The notes under the pieces were generated by a model that saw nothing but the letters and a program-made list of their open reading frames with translations, was not told the DNA's origin and did no database searches. A DNA stretch of 64,000 bases, from NCBI GenBank assembly GCA_977030845.1, contig OZ365118.1, forward strand, positions 2,914,001 to 2,978,000. The letters run 5' to 3'. A program made the translations under genes and the position numbers. Shown piece after piece: positions 39,495 to 52,996 of the stretch (the stretch's first letter is position 1; every line of letters starts with the position of its first letter). This DNA comes from Fimbriosthenelais zetlandica (Eukaryota).

Positions 39495-39610
39495 TGTTTC
39501 GTTAACCCCAAAGGGCTCTTTTACATTGTCCAAAAGAGCTTTTTAATTAAGTGAAACGGCTTGGGAATTGAACCGTTGTCCTTTGGGTCTATGAACTGCC
39601 TGCCAAAAAT
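39495..39610 (-). mobile_element. Degraded, internally shortened SINE related to the 52.8/61.1-kb family
   Basis: The minus strand has a B-box-like GGTTCAATTCCC followed by ATGTAAAAGAGCCC, against ATGTAAAAGAACCA in the intact copies. Confidence 0.35.
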
Positions 39611-42600
39611 ATCCGATCTGTCGGAGACTTGTGCAAGTCTAATGTTAAAGTTATTGGTGGAGTAAGAGTCATGGAGGAGTGGCATATCTACAGTGGACAG
39701 CAATCTGGTGGGTTAATCTGGATATAAAGGCAGTGGTAGCCGAGCCCCGTGTGAAGATGCCATTGTTTCATCCTGCTTTATTGCTGCAATCCATGTACCC
39801 AAGCTGCTCGGTCAATGAGGGGGACCACCGCCCATTTAGGCCAGGGTTGTAGATTGGTTTTTCTCGTGATCGATTGTGGACTGGCATGGCAATTGGGATC
39901 TGAGTTTGAGTTGCATTCCCGGGCTTGGAACTACAGGACCGGGCATTGTTTTTAGTGGAATGTTTGGAGGATTTGATCCCCATTAACTGACATGCTCTCT
40001 GTAGAACACAGAGTACATGGTGGAAACTCCATCTCCTTATAGACTCCCCGACTGATAATGGCTTGAATGGACCAAGACCTTGTGTGGGTGCATTTGTGAT
40101 ATCATGTCATTGACCACTATATGGCATTATAGCTGGAAATGCCAAGTCACTTATCTGTTTATCAAGATGGCCATGGATTCCTCAACCATTGGCTAAAGTA
40201 TTATTGTTCTAGCACCCAATCTGATTTTAAGATTGACAAAAAATCAAAGGAAATGTTAATATATTAAATTCCCAAAATTTCTATCCTAATTTAAGTCTGG
40301 AGAAACGATCCGTCATTACTAAATTCTGGCTCGGATCGGCCAGTCAACATTTCCCAAACTGATGTAGTTTCCATTTTACGAGCTGGTAAAACCTTACATG
40401 CTTTATTTTATCCCCGAAGTTTCAGAAAACATGGACGCAATCGATTTAATTTGATTGCCGAGAAGTATATTGAATTAGCCTCGAATCTGAGAAGGTTGAT
40501 CGAAAATTCATGTTTTCATGCTTTAAAAAAACGTTAGCGAAACACTGACGTAAACGTCGTTTTAAGTTTCTGCCAATAAGGTTTTGATGCCCCAGCCTGT
40601 CTGTCACCTAAACCAAGACTTCGGTTCTGGCTTTGTTAAATTCTCTGAGAATAAATTCCTCACAGATATCTGGTGAGAAAATATTAATGGTGAGGCTTTG
40701 AAAATGGCGCGGCTTTCAGTATTCATCTCTGAGCTGGCAGCTTGTTAATTGATGGTGATTTCATTAACTTGGTTTTCACTAAGAATGAAATGAAGTTAAT
40801 GCAATCTGCGGCTACTCTTAATCGCCATTTACTGGTTTTCATAACGCCTTCCCCTCTATAACCACACTCACTCATTTTCCTCTCATCCAAGTTTTACATA
40901 TGAATCAGTGTTAAAACTCTTAAATTCATTTGAATATCCGATAAAGATTCTGGCGAATTATCAATATTTTACCCTGCTTGGAATTATGAAATCCACTTAT
41001 CATCCATGCATTCTCCCTTCCACCTTAGCTTCGCCTCACTCCCCTTGCTTCCCCCTCCCAACCCTCAACACTTTCCCCACCTATATACCCTACTTTCCCC
41101 ACATACTGAGACAGCAGATTGTGTGTACACCCTCAGATTGGGTTAATTGAAATGGCGCACAAAGACTGATGGATCACCGACAAGTCCTCAACGTGCACTG
41201 CTCCCCGCCATAACCTCAATACACCACGGGGCCGTTTTTAGAGGACTGAACACTCTCACAAGGTGACTGGTTGGAGGGTTTCCTTCCCCTGGTCTCGACC
41301 TCAAAACAAGCGAGACATGACTGATTGGTGTATGCTTCATAATTGACATCAATATGGCCGCCAATATCCAAGTAGGAAAACTTCACTGATTAATTAAGAC
41401 TCGGACCGGTTACAAGCCCCTGCCCTTAAGACCTGCCTTGAATTTTAAAACAAAACTTTTTGCAGTTTTTTTCAAAGATTTCTCGATACCCAAGTATTTA
41501 GAATCTTTTAGTCCTGTGGCAATATTCAACAATTATCTGAGCACCAAATTGGAAGATACTCTTTATAATTCTATCATTCCAATTAAATGCACATGAATTA
41601 AAACCACTCATTGTATTGCCTTATAAAGTGCTCCTTAGACCAGCAACATTTTGCCAACCCCAGTGTCCCCCCCAGTGATGGAGCCCCATATTTAATTAGC
41701 TTAATCAAGATGAGGAGCTCTTGAATTGCTCCCCATGGAGCTGGGTTTGATTTTAGCTCATCTGGAGGAGACCCAAGCTAATAAGTATTAATGATGATCG
41801 AGGCAGATTGAAGCACCGGTCTATATACCAAACCCAACACCCTATATGTGGGTCAGAGAGAACCTGGTCCATCCTTTATCATGGATTTTAAGGAGCGTGC
41901 CTTCCCTTTTGTATAAACCGCGCTCAGATTCCTACCAGACCAACACATTCAAATCTTGCTGACATCTTTCTGAAGCTGAAAAGCCTCGAGTGAGCTTACA
42001 TATATCAAATGAAAAGAGATCGGCCCACTCTCTGCATAATGACCTTTTGGTGTGCATGGCCCTTTGCCATGTGACATTCTTTATGCTAAAAGTCAGCCCT
42101 CTCCATCAGCACTTCATATAAAGCAGTGATGGTTTTGTGTCAAAACAGCAGCAGGTCCTGCCTCTCCCTGCAGCCCCTGACAACCACCTGTTCTCCCACT
42201 GTGGACTGTGTATTAAAGCAATGGGTAATTGTGCTGGATGGCCAATTAGACCTGGGGTGCTGTACTCACAGAGTACCAGAGTGGCCACCAACCTATGCTA
42301 ATTATTAGACTAACAGTAGGGGTGTTTGAAGACCTATATGGACCTTTGACTCCATATATGCACCCCTGACCATTGAGTTTTGAGTTCTTGACCCTGGAGG
42401 ATGCAGGGGAGGGGCAGTGGTGACAGACATGACCCATAGACCGCTTGATAAAGGATGTTGGTACTCAACACTGGCGCTAGAGGCGCGACCATCGCTACAT
42501 GGGGCACCCTGACACAATAACCCAGACCAAAACTGAATTGGAAGGGAGACGATTTGAAACAGTTTCCTCTTGACCCATACTTGGTAGGTGTCTATTCAGT

Positions 42601-45600
42601 AGATAGATGCCCATGGCGACACCCTTCTGAGCGAGATAAGCTTGGGATAGCACCAAAACAGTTGGTTCTAAACTCCCGTCTGTCCCTCAACTCAACTCCA
42701 TTCTTTCAGCTTTTAACAGAGCTGCTTTGTGTTGATGGGCCAAATCACAACCTTGGCTTTATATAATTACCAATGAAATACAACACCTAAAAGCATCATT
42801 ACCACCATTGTGAGCTGATAGCATCACCACTTATGGAAACTTGAGACCGCCATGCCCTGATTTAGGCACAAATGCAGTTATTTTGTGCGCATTGTGGGGC
42901 TATGAAAGGGGGAGGGGGAGAATGGGTGAGGTTGGGAGGGGAGTGCCTCTTTCTCCTCCCGTTCATGTAGGGATGATGACCCACCATCATTGTGAGTTGG
43001 ACGTCTGGAGCTTGTCCCCCGCGCCTGCCGACACCTGGCTTTGATTTGTCTATACTTGTCTCTAATCACCTGTCATCAACTGTCATCTTTGTGTTGGTTC
43101 AACAGAAAAAGAAAATCAAGATGAAGTCTTCCTTCCTCCGCTTAATAATGCTTTATTCCCACTTGTCAAAAGATGCAATCTGAAGGCGGCATGGTGGGAT
43201 GAAATAAGGCAATATTATATCGTTTACAGAGAAATGTTTCAATAATCTTGTCAATTTACCAGCTGTAGAGCAAAGGAAGTGATAGGTGAACAAATAGACA
43301 AGCGCGAGTTATTTGATTGTAGCTCATTGTTGTGACATAGTAAGAAAAACTTTGGCTATTATAAGCTAATATATTTGTACTAGGTACAACTGAACTTTAT
43401 CCTTCAAAGATATGGGATGCTGAATATTCCCTTAAAATCTCGGTCTCACTGCAATATTTCCACTATTTCTTATTCTGTTTTGCCACTGAAATATTCCAGT
43501 TGATGTGAAAACCATGATAGTAAAAACAGTGATGAAGCTGGCAGTATTACGACATGAGTGACTGTCATTAACTGTAGCCCCTCATCAGCGCATTACAGCT
43601 TGTTTATACACACCCTGTAGCTGGTGTATGTATGGAGGTAGTGGACTGTACCCAGCATATGGTCCGTAACCTGTAAATCAACACTGTAATCAATGTACAG
43701 GGCCTGTAACCCACACACTACCCTACCCTCCCCCCAGCTCTGCTCTCTCTCCATCAACACCCAATGCCCATATGCTGAGTGATGCAAGGTCCTTGATAAG
43801 CCTGATAACATATAAATGGCTCCCTATACAGACACATGCCTTCTATCCACCCATCTACCCCACTCACTCACATTAAATATTTGTTTAAATTTAGTTTTTT
43901 CTCCTTAAAAACTGAGTTTGAGTGTGGGCACGTGTCGCCTTTCCCCACTTTTGTCCACCTGCGTGCTGTTTTTTAATCCATAAAAAGTGATTTATTTTTC
44001 AATGGAGCCAATTTCCTTTCCTTGTTGTTCACAATGAACCAGGGTCCCGCCTCATATTGCATTGAAATGAATCCGATTTCCTTACACGAGGAAAAGGGCC
44101 ATCCTTAAGACCCATTGCTCTTTGCTGCTACTCCTTCCTCCCCACACTTTCTATTACAAAGATGTCCATTTCTCTATAGGGCCTTGTATATGAGATGATT
44201 GAACAGAATGGATATATACAATCATTTCACTTATATTGTTAATTTGAGAATGAAACACCTGGAATGAAATGAATGAAAATGATAAAAAGGACGTACCAAT
44301 ATTCTAAGATATGACACTCCGCATATTTCAAGTTCCCACTATACTTGAACAGATCTATAAATCAGATAAATATGAAAAGAAAGAAATGACATTCCCCTGA
44401 AAAAATCCTTTCTTAAGTCTGTCACGTCTTCATTCAAGGCTGAGACATTTGTGTGGCAGACAAAGAGCAGAGTGAGTTTAATAAATAGAGGTCTTAAACA
44501 TTCCTATCTGTAGAGATGACACTCGTGAGGCACTTGACATAACGACATGACTCAATCCGCACTCTGGTATGTTTCATATTTGCTACATCCTCTTCTCCAG
44601 ATTGAAAATGATTTGAGTGTTGAAGTCTATATGTCATGATGGCCCTCGGTTGAAAGGGCAGGCTTTCTCCTTCTCTTTCCCACTCTTTCCCATTCCCTCT
44701 CACTCCCTCAAGAAATGTTTACTAAACAAAACATTGCCACCGTTGGAAAATGGTGTAAACGAAGCATCGCTCTCATTGGAAAATGTAGGCCATTATGTGC
44801 CGATAATGTGTTTCCTTCTCAACCTGAGATAGCTGAACAATTGCTTATAGACGTTAAAAATATTCATCATCATTATTTCCCTTTCCCTCTCTCTTCCCTG
44901 CTCCTTCCCTATCTAATACCCTGAGGATGGATTCCTCATCTTGTCCACATATCTAACGATGCTTCCAACAATGACGAAACCGCACGTTAGAATTTAACGA
45001 TCCTTCCCTGACGCTCAAGCCAAAAGCATACCCGGGAGAGATTAAATCCAAATAAATCAGAGTACACACGTGCTCGTGAGGCTAATGTAGTTTAATATAT
45101 TATCAGAAACATAGGATGTGCTCGTTTACACAGATAATTAGAGCTCATGCTCCTACCAGAAACAGGCAGCGGTGTCATTAGGAGCATTAATTAGGATGGA
45201 GCACTCCCACCTGTGTGGACATGAAGCCATGGAAGCTGAGGTAGAATCCTCCTCTCCTTATCATTGCTTATCTCATAGGCTGAGATAGGGCCTCATTGAT
45301 GAGTCCTGTATATCTACAGGCTTATAGAAAATAAAGTGATAAGAGGCATTGGTGTATTCCGAGAAGAGCAGGCTTTCTGTGCCGGTAGATTTTGATTTAA
45401 TTGGTGAGAGGCATGGCAAAGTACCATTGCTTATTTTGAAAAGGGCAGTCAATCGTGTGCCGACAGTGTCTTTCCAGTTGGACTAGCAAATGTATTTGGT
45501 CCTGACATCACTGACAAAAATGCTGACTGCATATTTTTTACTATTTTATGATAAAGTGAGAATGGATCAAAATGTTTTCCCTTGTTTATTTTTCACTCGG

Positions 45601-46192
45601 GTAAAATATTTGTGGAGACCTGCTTTTAGAACAGGTTTCAGGTGCTGGAATTGAAACGCCTGAAAGTGGGTGGAAATGGTGAGGCACGAAAATAAGATGC
45701 TTATTTTTTAAAAGCACTGTGTAAAACCAAGTATAGTATAGTTGATAAAACAAGCTAATGTTCTACAGACCCACACAGAGAGATTACACCGAGTAGTCAT
45801 TGACTATTGGATGAATATATGACTATGCTTAATTCTCTCCCCCGCCAGTAAATAGAGTAAAACCCACAGGAAGTGAGTTGCTTGTGGAAACAGTGAACAC
45901 AAAGTCTGGCAGAGCTTTCTGGCTCGGCCTTATCTCCGCTCTTATAGCCAGTATTTTTAACCCTCCCATGAATCACTACTTTGTGGAGGATTATTTGAAC
46001 TATTCAAGCCTCAAATAGTTATGTTTTCCAGTCTAAGAAATCAGAAGAAAAATACAGATGGTAGAACTTAGTAAGATCAAGTGTGACTAGATATTCCCTG
46101 CACAAGATAACCTCCAATCATTCCATGCTCCGGAGGAATATATTCCCGGCTGTAGTCCACCTCCCTCCAACACGGGGGCGCCAGGCGCACGT

Positions 46193-46206
46193 CTGCCCCC
46201 TGGTGG
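46193..46206 (-). promoter_or_regulatory. CTCF-like core motif CCACCAGGGGGCAG
   Basis: Matches the canonical CTCF core and lies in a small CpG-rich patch. Motif evidence only. Confidence 0.4.
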
Positions 46207-48386
46207 TAATTTCTTGTCTTGTGTGCTTTAATTAATCTAGTCGTCTTCTGGTGATGGGGACTGGTGTAGGTGGCAGGGTAAAAATACCAGGCTGGGATTT
46301 GTTTATCCTAGTCTTGATTGATACAAATTGTTTGGTTTTACCCCAGTCATTGGTTGGCAGTATGTATATGTTCCATCCTCCCCACCTCCTCCTCGCTTAC
46401 ATGGGTCATCCTAGAAGACTAGGGACACCACTGAACATTGTCCAGACCTTGCTCTTCTCATGACCCTCATCCTTTTCCCAATTTTTCATTCGCTTTCCGC
46501 TGACTATATCTATGAGGGTATTGCGGGTTCAACAGCTGGTCCCTGAAGCCAAGGCAAAGCTTTATTTTACAGACTGTAGAACACAGACTTTGATAAGGGC
46601 AATCCAGGCATATCTTTGTATTGAATTATTTTTCGCCAAATCATCAAAGTGATCCCTCCAGAATACCCTAATGAATTACCAAAGCCCACTGATTGGAACT
46701 CTCCTGAAACGGAGACTAAATGACAAAATTATTTCTTCGTTTTGATGAAGATATTTTAGTCATTTTATTGTGGATATTTCAGAGGACATGAGTATAAAAT
46801 ATCTGATCAAGATACTGATATTTACCCATGTAGCCCGTCCCTGACATAAGCACACATTTTTTAGTGCATTATGATTGATGCATGTTTGGATATCTTTGGA
46901 TTTGGTTAAAACCTGCCCCACCAAAGGGTATAGACATTACATGTATAACCATTACTCCCTGTCAGGATGGGTGTAGGCCCGGCCATGCCCCCAGGTTACC
47001 TCCATGTGTTTTATTACATCACTAATATCTTGACACCCTTCATATATCTAATGATTTTTCCACATTTTAAACTCACATTTTTCAAAAGCCATGACACAAA
47101 ACATAACGCAGCTGGAGATGTCTTTGAGGGGACGCCATATTGAAGTTAGCTGTGTCAGTTTATGACTATGATGTAATATAAACCTTACTGTGGTGGTCAT
47201 ACATCATATCTGAGACATTATGACTTATACGCGTAGCGGATGCGGGCTTAATACCATAGCTTCATGCACCTCTCTCTATCTCCACACCTTTACAATTATA
47301 ACTTCTATTCTTTCTTGGGTAGGATAGTTTGAAATCAAAGCCCGACTGCCAACTCCCACCTTGAGTATTGGATTGCAGTGATGTCCCGACCAATTCATCA
47401 TATTTGTGAATAGCATATTATTATGTTCACGACCTTTGTGTCCTGATTCATAACTCATCTATCGCCTGAAATCCTTCCCCTTTCGGGCGGGTTGTATGAG
47501 TGTCGGGTGGAGGATTGTTTGGATTTATGCACCTCTTCCGATCACGGTTTACTCCCAGTTAAAAATTCAAAGCATGACCGCCTCCTACAACAAACCCCAC
47601 GTCTCCGGCCGCCTTCTGGGTCACCACTGACATCTAGCGGGAGAAATGATCAACACCGCTCACCCCTACTGCATTTGTCACTCACTCACTCTAAAAGTCC
47701 CCGTGGTCAAGTGACGAACTGACCATTCCAATGCCTTGACCAGAGGTCAAGCAAGGTACACATACAAGCACACCTTCACCTGCCCATGTCAGTTTAACAT
47801 TGACTTTCCCACCTGACACTATTGTACATTATGGAATTTTCAAGCCACCTAAACCGCTGATTACATGCCAGAAAAGAGACTGTAAAAGGTAAGCTTTGTG
47901 GGTGTTTTTGTCACAGACATGATAGGAAGTGAGGAGTGACAATAGCCTGGGTTTGTCTTCATGGTTCAGGCATGTCTCCACATACAACTAATGGACCCGG
48001 TGTTGATTTTCTAGCCTCACATTTCTCTGTCGGATGTTTGGGATAACAACATGGGTGTTCTCTTAGCATCTCTCCCTGTACATTATTTAAGCATTAGACA
48101 AAGAAGCTGAAGACATTTTTTGCCTGGCCATGAAATGTTGTTGTTTTTAGACTCTTCTGGACAGGTGTGGTTAGTAGGTTTTAGGATTCCAACCGCAACC
48201 TGTGGGTCTCTGTCAAATAGAGTCCAGGATCTGTCCACCAAGGCCAATACAATAATATATAAATGAAACTTCCATGCCCAATATCTACATATTCATGTGA
48301 AATATAATTGATAAAAATCTGTATTCATAAAATATTTCAATACAATTTGATATGGGTAATTTAATTCCCTACCTAATCGTTTTAGG

Positions 48387-48476
48387 AAAAGTATTTGAAA
48401 AGTTTTTGAAGATTTCAATACAATATTTCAATTCAGTAAAATATTTGAAAAGTTTCTGAAGATTTCAATATAATAT
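48387..48476. repeat. AT-rich ~50-bp tandem duplication
   Basis: tatttgaaaagttt(t/c)tgaagatttcaata occurs twice. Confidence 0.85.
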
Positions 48477-51400
48477 GGGTATTTTAATCACTTGGTTCTA
48501 TATGTTATATATGTTCCCATGTATTAGTGATACTGATATGATTGCTCATGTGTCGATCACTCGATATAACCATATTGTATGAGACATATTATTGAACAGA
48601 TAGTAATTATCATGTTAATTAACATGACATCACCCTACATAACGCATGTATATGTAATCCAGGCTTGTTGGTGGCGGTACTGGCGATACCCTCGCCAATC
48701 AGGCCTGGTGATGGCCTCGCAGTACCGGTATGCTCCAGTCATCAATTATACAATATGTACTGGAGGATGCCAGATGAAATCTACTAGAGATATCATCTAT
48801 AAAAATCCATATCTTGTTATTGGATGTATCGTTTCATTATATTAAATGTGTTTAGGATATTACAATGTCTGGTTTGTATGGTCAGATGCACGTTTGCAAG
48901 AGTTTAAATGTAGATGGATTTTGTCCATTAATATTACTTAGGATGAACATTTTTACTATCAAGATAAGAGACCGTTGTCTTTTCAAATAATTCCGAATCC
49001 ATTATAAAATAGGAAAGATATCCTAGACTGTCTTTGTATGGCATTAGACATTTCCTGGTTATTTATGAATAATATTTCATCTTTCCCAAAAGGAAACTTT
49101 CTCCACCAAGACAATGCCTTTACATTTTGAATTCCGCTGCACACAAAGCATTAATTCAGCATTGTTCTGTGGATAAAGGCTGGAGTTAGAATATGAGAGA
49201 TGTATTATTTTAGAGTTATTATCATCCCCCAGTAAATAAAGATGTACTGATTTATTTCATTCATGCCTCGCGGCTGTAAACTTCACACTAATCCCACTCC
49301 AGTTTGTTTCCCCGAGAAACCCCAACACAAAACCCACTTGAAGAGAAGCTGCATTGTACCCAAACATTTCAAATATTTTGAACAAATATGGTCAATTTAC
49401 CGAGTATAGAAGTCCCGGGTCTGTAATCGGGGAAGGGTGGGTAACTTGAACCCACAATCTCCACTCTCAAAAAGCTGGGATTAAAGCTTAACGTAAGACA
49501 CCTTTAGCAGTGTGGGTTTTTAGTCTGGCCAGGGTGTCAACTATGACAGTTATTTCAACTGTATTTTGTCACAAACTCCGATCTTTTTTGTGACCTGTCT
49601 ACGCTAGGTTACCCCTCATAAATGAAGCCAGCGTTTGGATTAACCTGGTCAGAGATCTTCCCATCTAAACCCCAGCAACAATGGCCGACTTAGAAATGAC
49701 TAACAAAGGTTAGATTGTTATACCCTTCCCTCCCTATACTCTGTAGAGATCATGTATTACGTCATACCCCTCTCTAGGGCTCTAACCATGACAAGAACTC
49801 AACAGATTTTGGTTTTAATCCAAGTCTTTCCCTGAGACCAGGAAGGCAATCAGACTTTTTATACTAGTTAAACATTGCCTGATTATTCCATTCCTTGTCC
49901 TGGTGTAAAAACAATCTAAGCCGCTATGTGTAAACTCCCCATTAAATTAAAACCCCGCTCTCCATGTCTCTACCACAGAAACATCCTGGTACACATTCTA
50001 ATAGGTTTAGTCACTAGACAAACGCTAGAGAACGTCCACTATTTAGACCACCTGTCAATTAAAGTGTCCTGAAGGCCGAGTAACTGATAGAAAGAGATAG
50101 GTTATTTTCTTTTTCTCGTCAGTTCGTTTTTCCCCTTCACAAGAGATGGACTGTTCTCCTAGCCTTGCCAATCTCTGTCTGAAGAAACACCCACGTGTTT
50201 GAAGAGATCTTCAAACCTCTCCAATTCTTGTTCCACTCATTCTTTTACCCGTTCTAAGCCTGTGCCTATAACGGTCGCATATCAAAGGTTTAAGGAGATT
50301 GAGAGAGTGAAGGGTTGCGATCAGAGACTGGCCTGAAAGTTCCCGAGCAGGGCTCGATGGTGAAGTACTCCTCTCCCGTCCATATGAGGGGGCTAGAGCC
50401 CCGGGATTAGGCCACTAGGGGGTTGATTTTTTTCTCATCTTACTTTTTCATCACACGCTTGAGAATCAACACTTGGCCTCGCCACTTGGCCTCGCACATC
50501 AAAAGATGTCTTCCAATAAAGTGGACACACTTCCCCCTCCTCGCAGCTGTCTCTTAAGAGGCTTGATGAATTTCAATGAGACTAATCTGAATAATTCCTA
50601 TATTTAAGGTATTAAGCTTTTAATCAACCTCAGTTGACCCCTATCTCCATTGTCTCCGGACAGTCTTTGAAGTGGTTGGGCACTTTGAATTCACTTAAAA
50701 TGGTAAAATTGGTTTTGGGGGTTGATTGTTTAAATGTTTGAGTGGGAAGAGTAAGTTTTGTTGGTGGGGAGTTTGAGAGGAAGTGTCTTAAACCTGTGGT
50801 CTTTCACTGGAGTGAACGCGTGGCCATGGCAACATGTTTCATCTCTGATCTGAGCCTTGAACTTTACCCCACGCCTGTCCCACCATCTCTCCCCTTCCCC
50901 ATCTCCCCTTCCCCATCTCCCCTCCAGCGTCTTCCCTTCAATGAATTAGAAGCGTGCAACAAAAGTTTAAACTTCTGAGAGCTGAACATAAAACGGATGT
51001 GGCTGGCGTTCCCCTTTCTCCTGCTCACACCAATGTTTGCATTGACGCCGTTCCACAAACCATTCCTTGACCTTCCACCAACTAATTGCTGACCTTTCAT
51101 TGGGCATCCCACACCCCAGGCATCAAGAGTCATGGTAAATCTCCCACCCTACCGGTCAGCATGGGAAACAGACATGTGAAAAGTTACACTTCATTTCTCA
51201 AAGGCTGCACTTTAGAACCCTGAGTGGTGATAACTTGGTGGCTGAGGGCGGACCCGGAGAATGAAGGCAAATTAAAGGATTTTAACAACCAGGGTATTAT
51301 TGGACACCCTCAAAGGGGCGATCATTGACATAGAGAGATTGGATCTTGACCCTGGTCATTGTACTGGTCACTCTAGTCTAGTGGTCTGGCGGTACGGCCT

Positions 51401-52794
51401 TAAGTAGAAGTGATGCTTGACCACCTCATGAATTGGTGGAATTTGAAACTCAAGGGTGACTTGAAAGTTTGTTTGATTCCACTTGAACAAGATTCAGAGC
51501 TTTCAGAGAAATATTCTGGGAATTTCTTTAAATTTCAACTAACTTCTTGGCCGAATATTTATGAAATTTTCAATTTTGATCTCCACCAATATGCACCCTA
51601 ACAGTTATTGCATGTATTGTGCCTGCTGACTGGATGAATAACCAGTGTTGACGCCTTTATTGTCTATGTAGACACCACTGAATCCCCAGTAACGGGAGCA
51701 TGACCAACCTTCAGGCCGTAACAGTAGATTGCCTTCATCTTATGCATTGACCGCTAACAAAGCTGCATTTTTTCCACTCCACTAAGTACCATTCCCTCCG
51801 AGGTACTGGAGTAATTTTCTGCATAATATGCCAAGATCAAACAATCCCATCCCACCCTACCTCCCCCAGCCCTTTTCCTTACAACTGTCAGTGTCTTGAA
51901 GCCTGTATGTAAGGGCGCTGACAGACAGGCTTATGTGACTTGACAGCTGGTATTTTGTGTAAAACACAAGAGTAGTCAACTTGTCTGTTTTGTTCTACAA
52001 TATCCCCGGGTCTTGCTTACACTAGCACACATTTCAGATGATACACACACTGAAGTGTGCCCTCCAGTCACCAACTGCCGACATCATAATAACCTACGTA
52101 TAATAGGTGAATCCACCTTCAACTTTAAACCAAACCTGTATCCATGTTGGGTATTTCCAGTATAACCCCGCTATATAAGTGCCTATATAACCCCAGGTTC
52201 AACCCCCCCATGCTTGTTATTCTGAGAGTAAGATGATCCAAGTGCCTAATTTGCAAAAATATTTGCCGACAATCTTGTATTTGACAGATCAGCTGGGGTG
52301 AAGTTGAGGGCGGGGTGATAAGGAGGATGGACTGTCTATTGTGTGTATTAACGGGGGTGGTCGGATTACTGGGGGATGGTGGGGTGTTGAGAGATACATA
52401 CTGTATGGATTCACTATACTTCCTCCATGGTCGCAGTGATCAGGCCTACACTGACCTAACCACCCATGATTCCACGCTCCATTACCCACAGTTGGTGGGA
52501 TATTAGGTTTCATACATTCTCAATTCTTCTGGATGGGAACCAGCTTGTTAATCATCTTCCATGTTATCTGGCCTATATACTTGTGTTTCTTACTCTTGCC
52601 ACCCCAGGCAGAGCTTAAAATGATTCCCATAAATGTGTTACTGTGTAAATCCAATCATTTGTGTGTTTGTATATGAAAGATTGGAGACCTAATTCATCCT
52701 AAAAGTTCATATTTGAAACCTAACCCCCGCAAAAGGATCACATGCTTGCACACTGGCCCATATAATAAACAAAACTGATGCACAATCGAATGCA

Positions 52795-52996
52795 AAAAGC
52801 TTGTACTTAAATGCAGGAGGTCATGGGTTCAATTCCCCAAGGAGCCTGTAAATATTACCATTGTTCTTCTTTCCCCAGTGCTGCTAACTGGGTTATCAAA
52901 GCCATGCCATGTCTGCCACTCTTTGTATAGTGAGGCATGTAAAAGAACCACTGCTGCTAATCGGGAAGGGCAGTTCCGACAGCGTGTTTCCTCCTA
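52795..52996 (+). mobile_element. tRNA-derived SINE (Meta/MESC-like central domain), copy 1
   Basis: B-box GGTTCAATTCC at 52826. It shares CCCCAGTGCTGCTAACTGGGTTATCAAAG, GAGGCATGTAAAAGAACCACTGCTGC and AGCGTGTTTCC with the copy at 61.1 kb. Confidence 0.75.

Noticed and set aside
4511-49845. Partial matches to conserved miRNAs (miR-193 at ~4512, miR-281 at ~36000, miR-277 at ~36213, miR-125 at ~49829)
   Set aside because: Only the first 10-12 nt match, and there is no complementary arm to form a pre-miRNA hairpin.
52795-52840. tRNA gene
   Set aside because: It has a B-box but no cloverleaf, and it continues into the SINE body, as does the copy at 61089.
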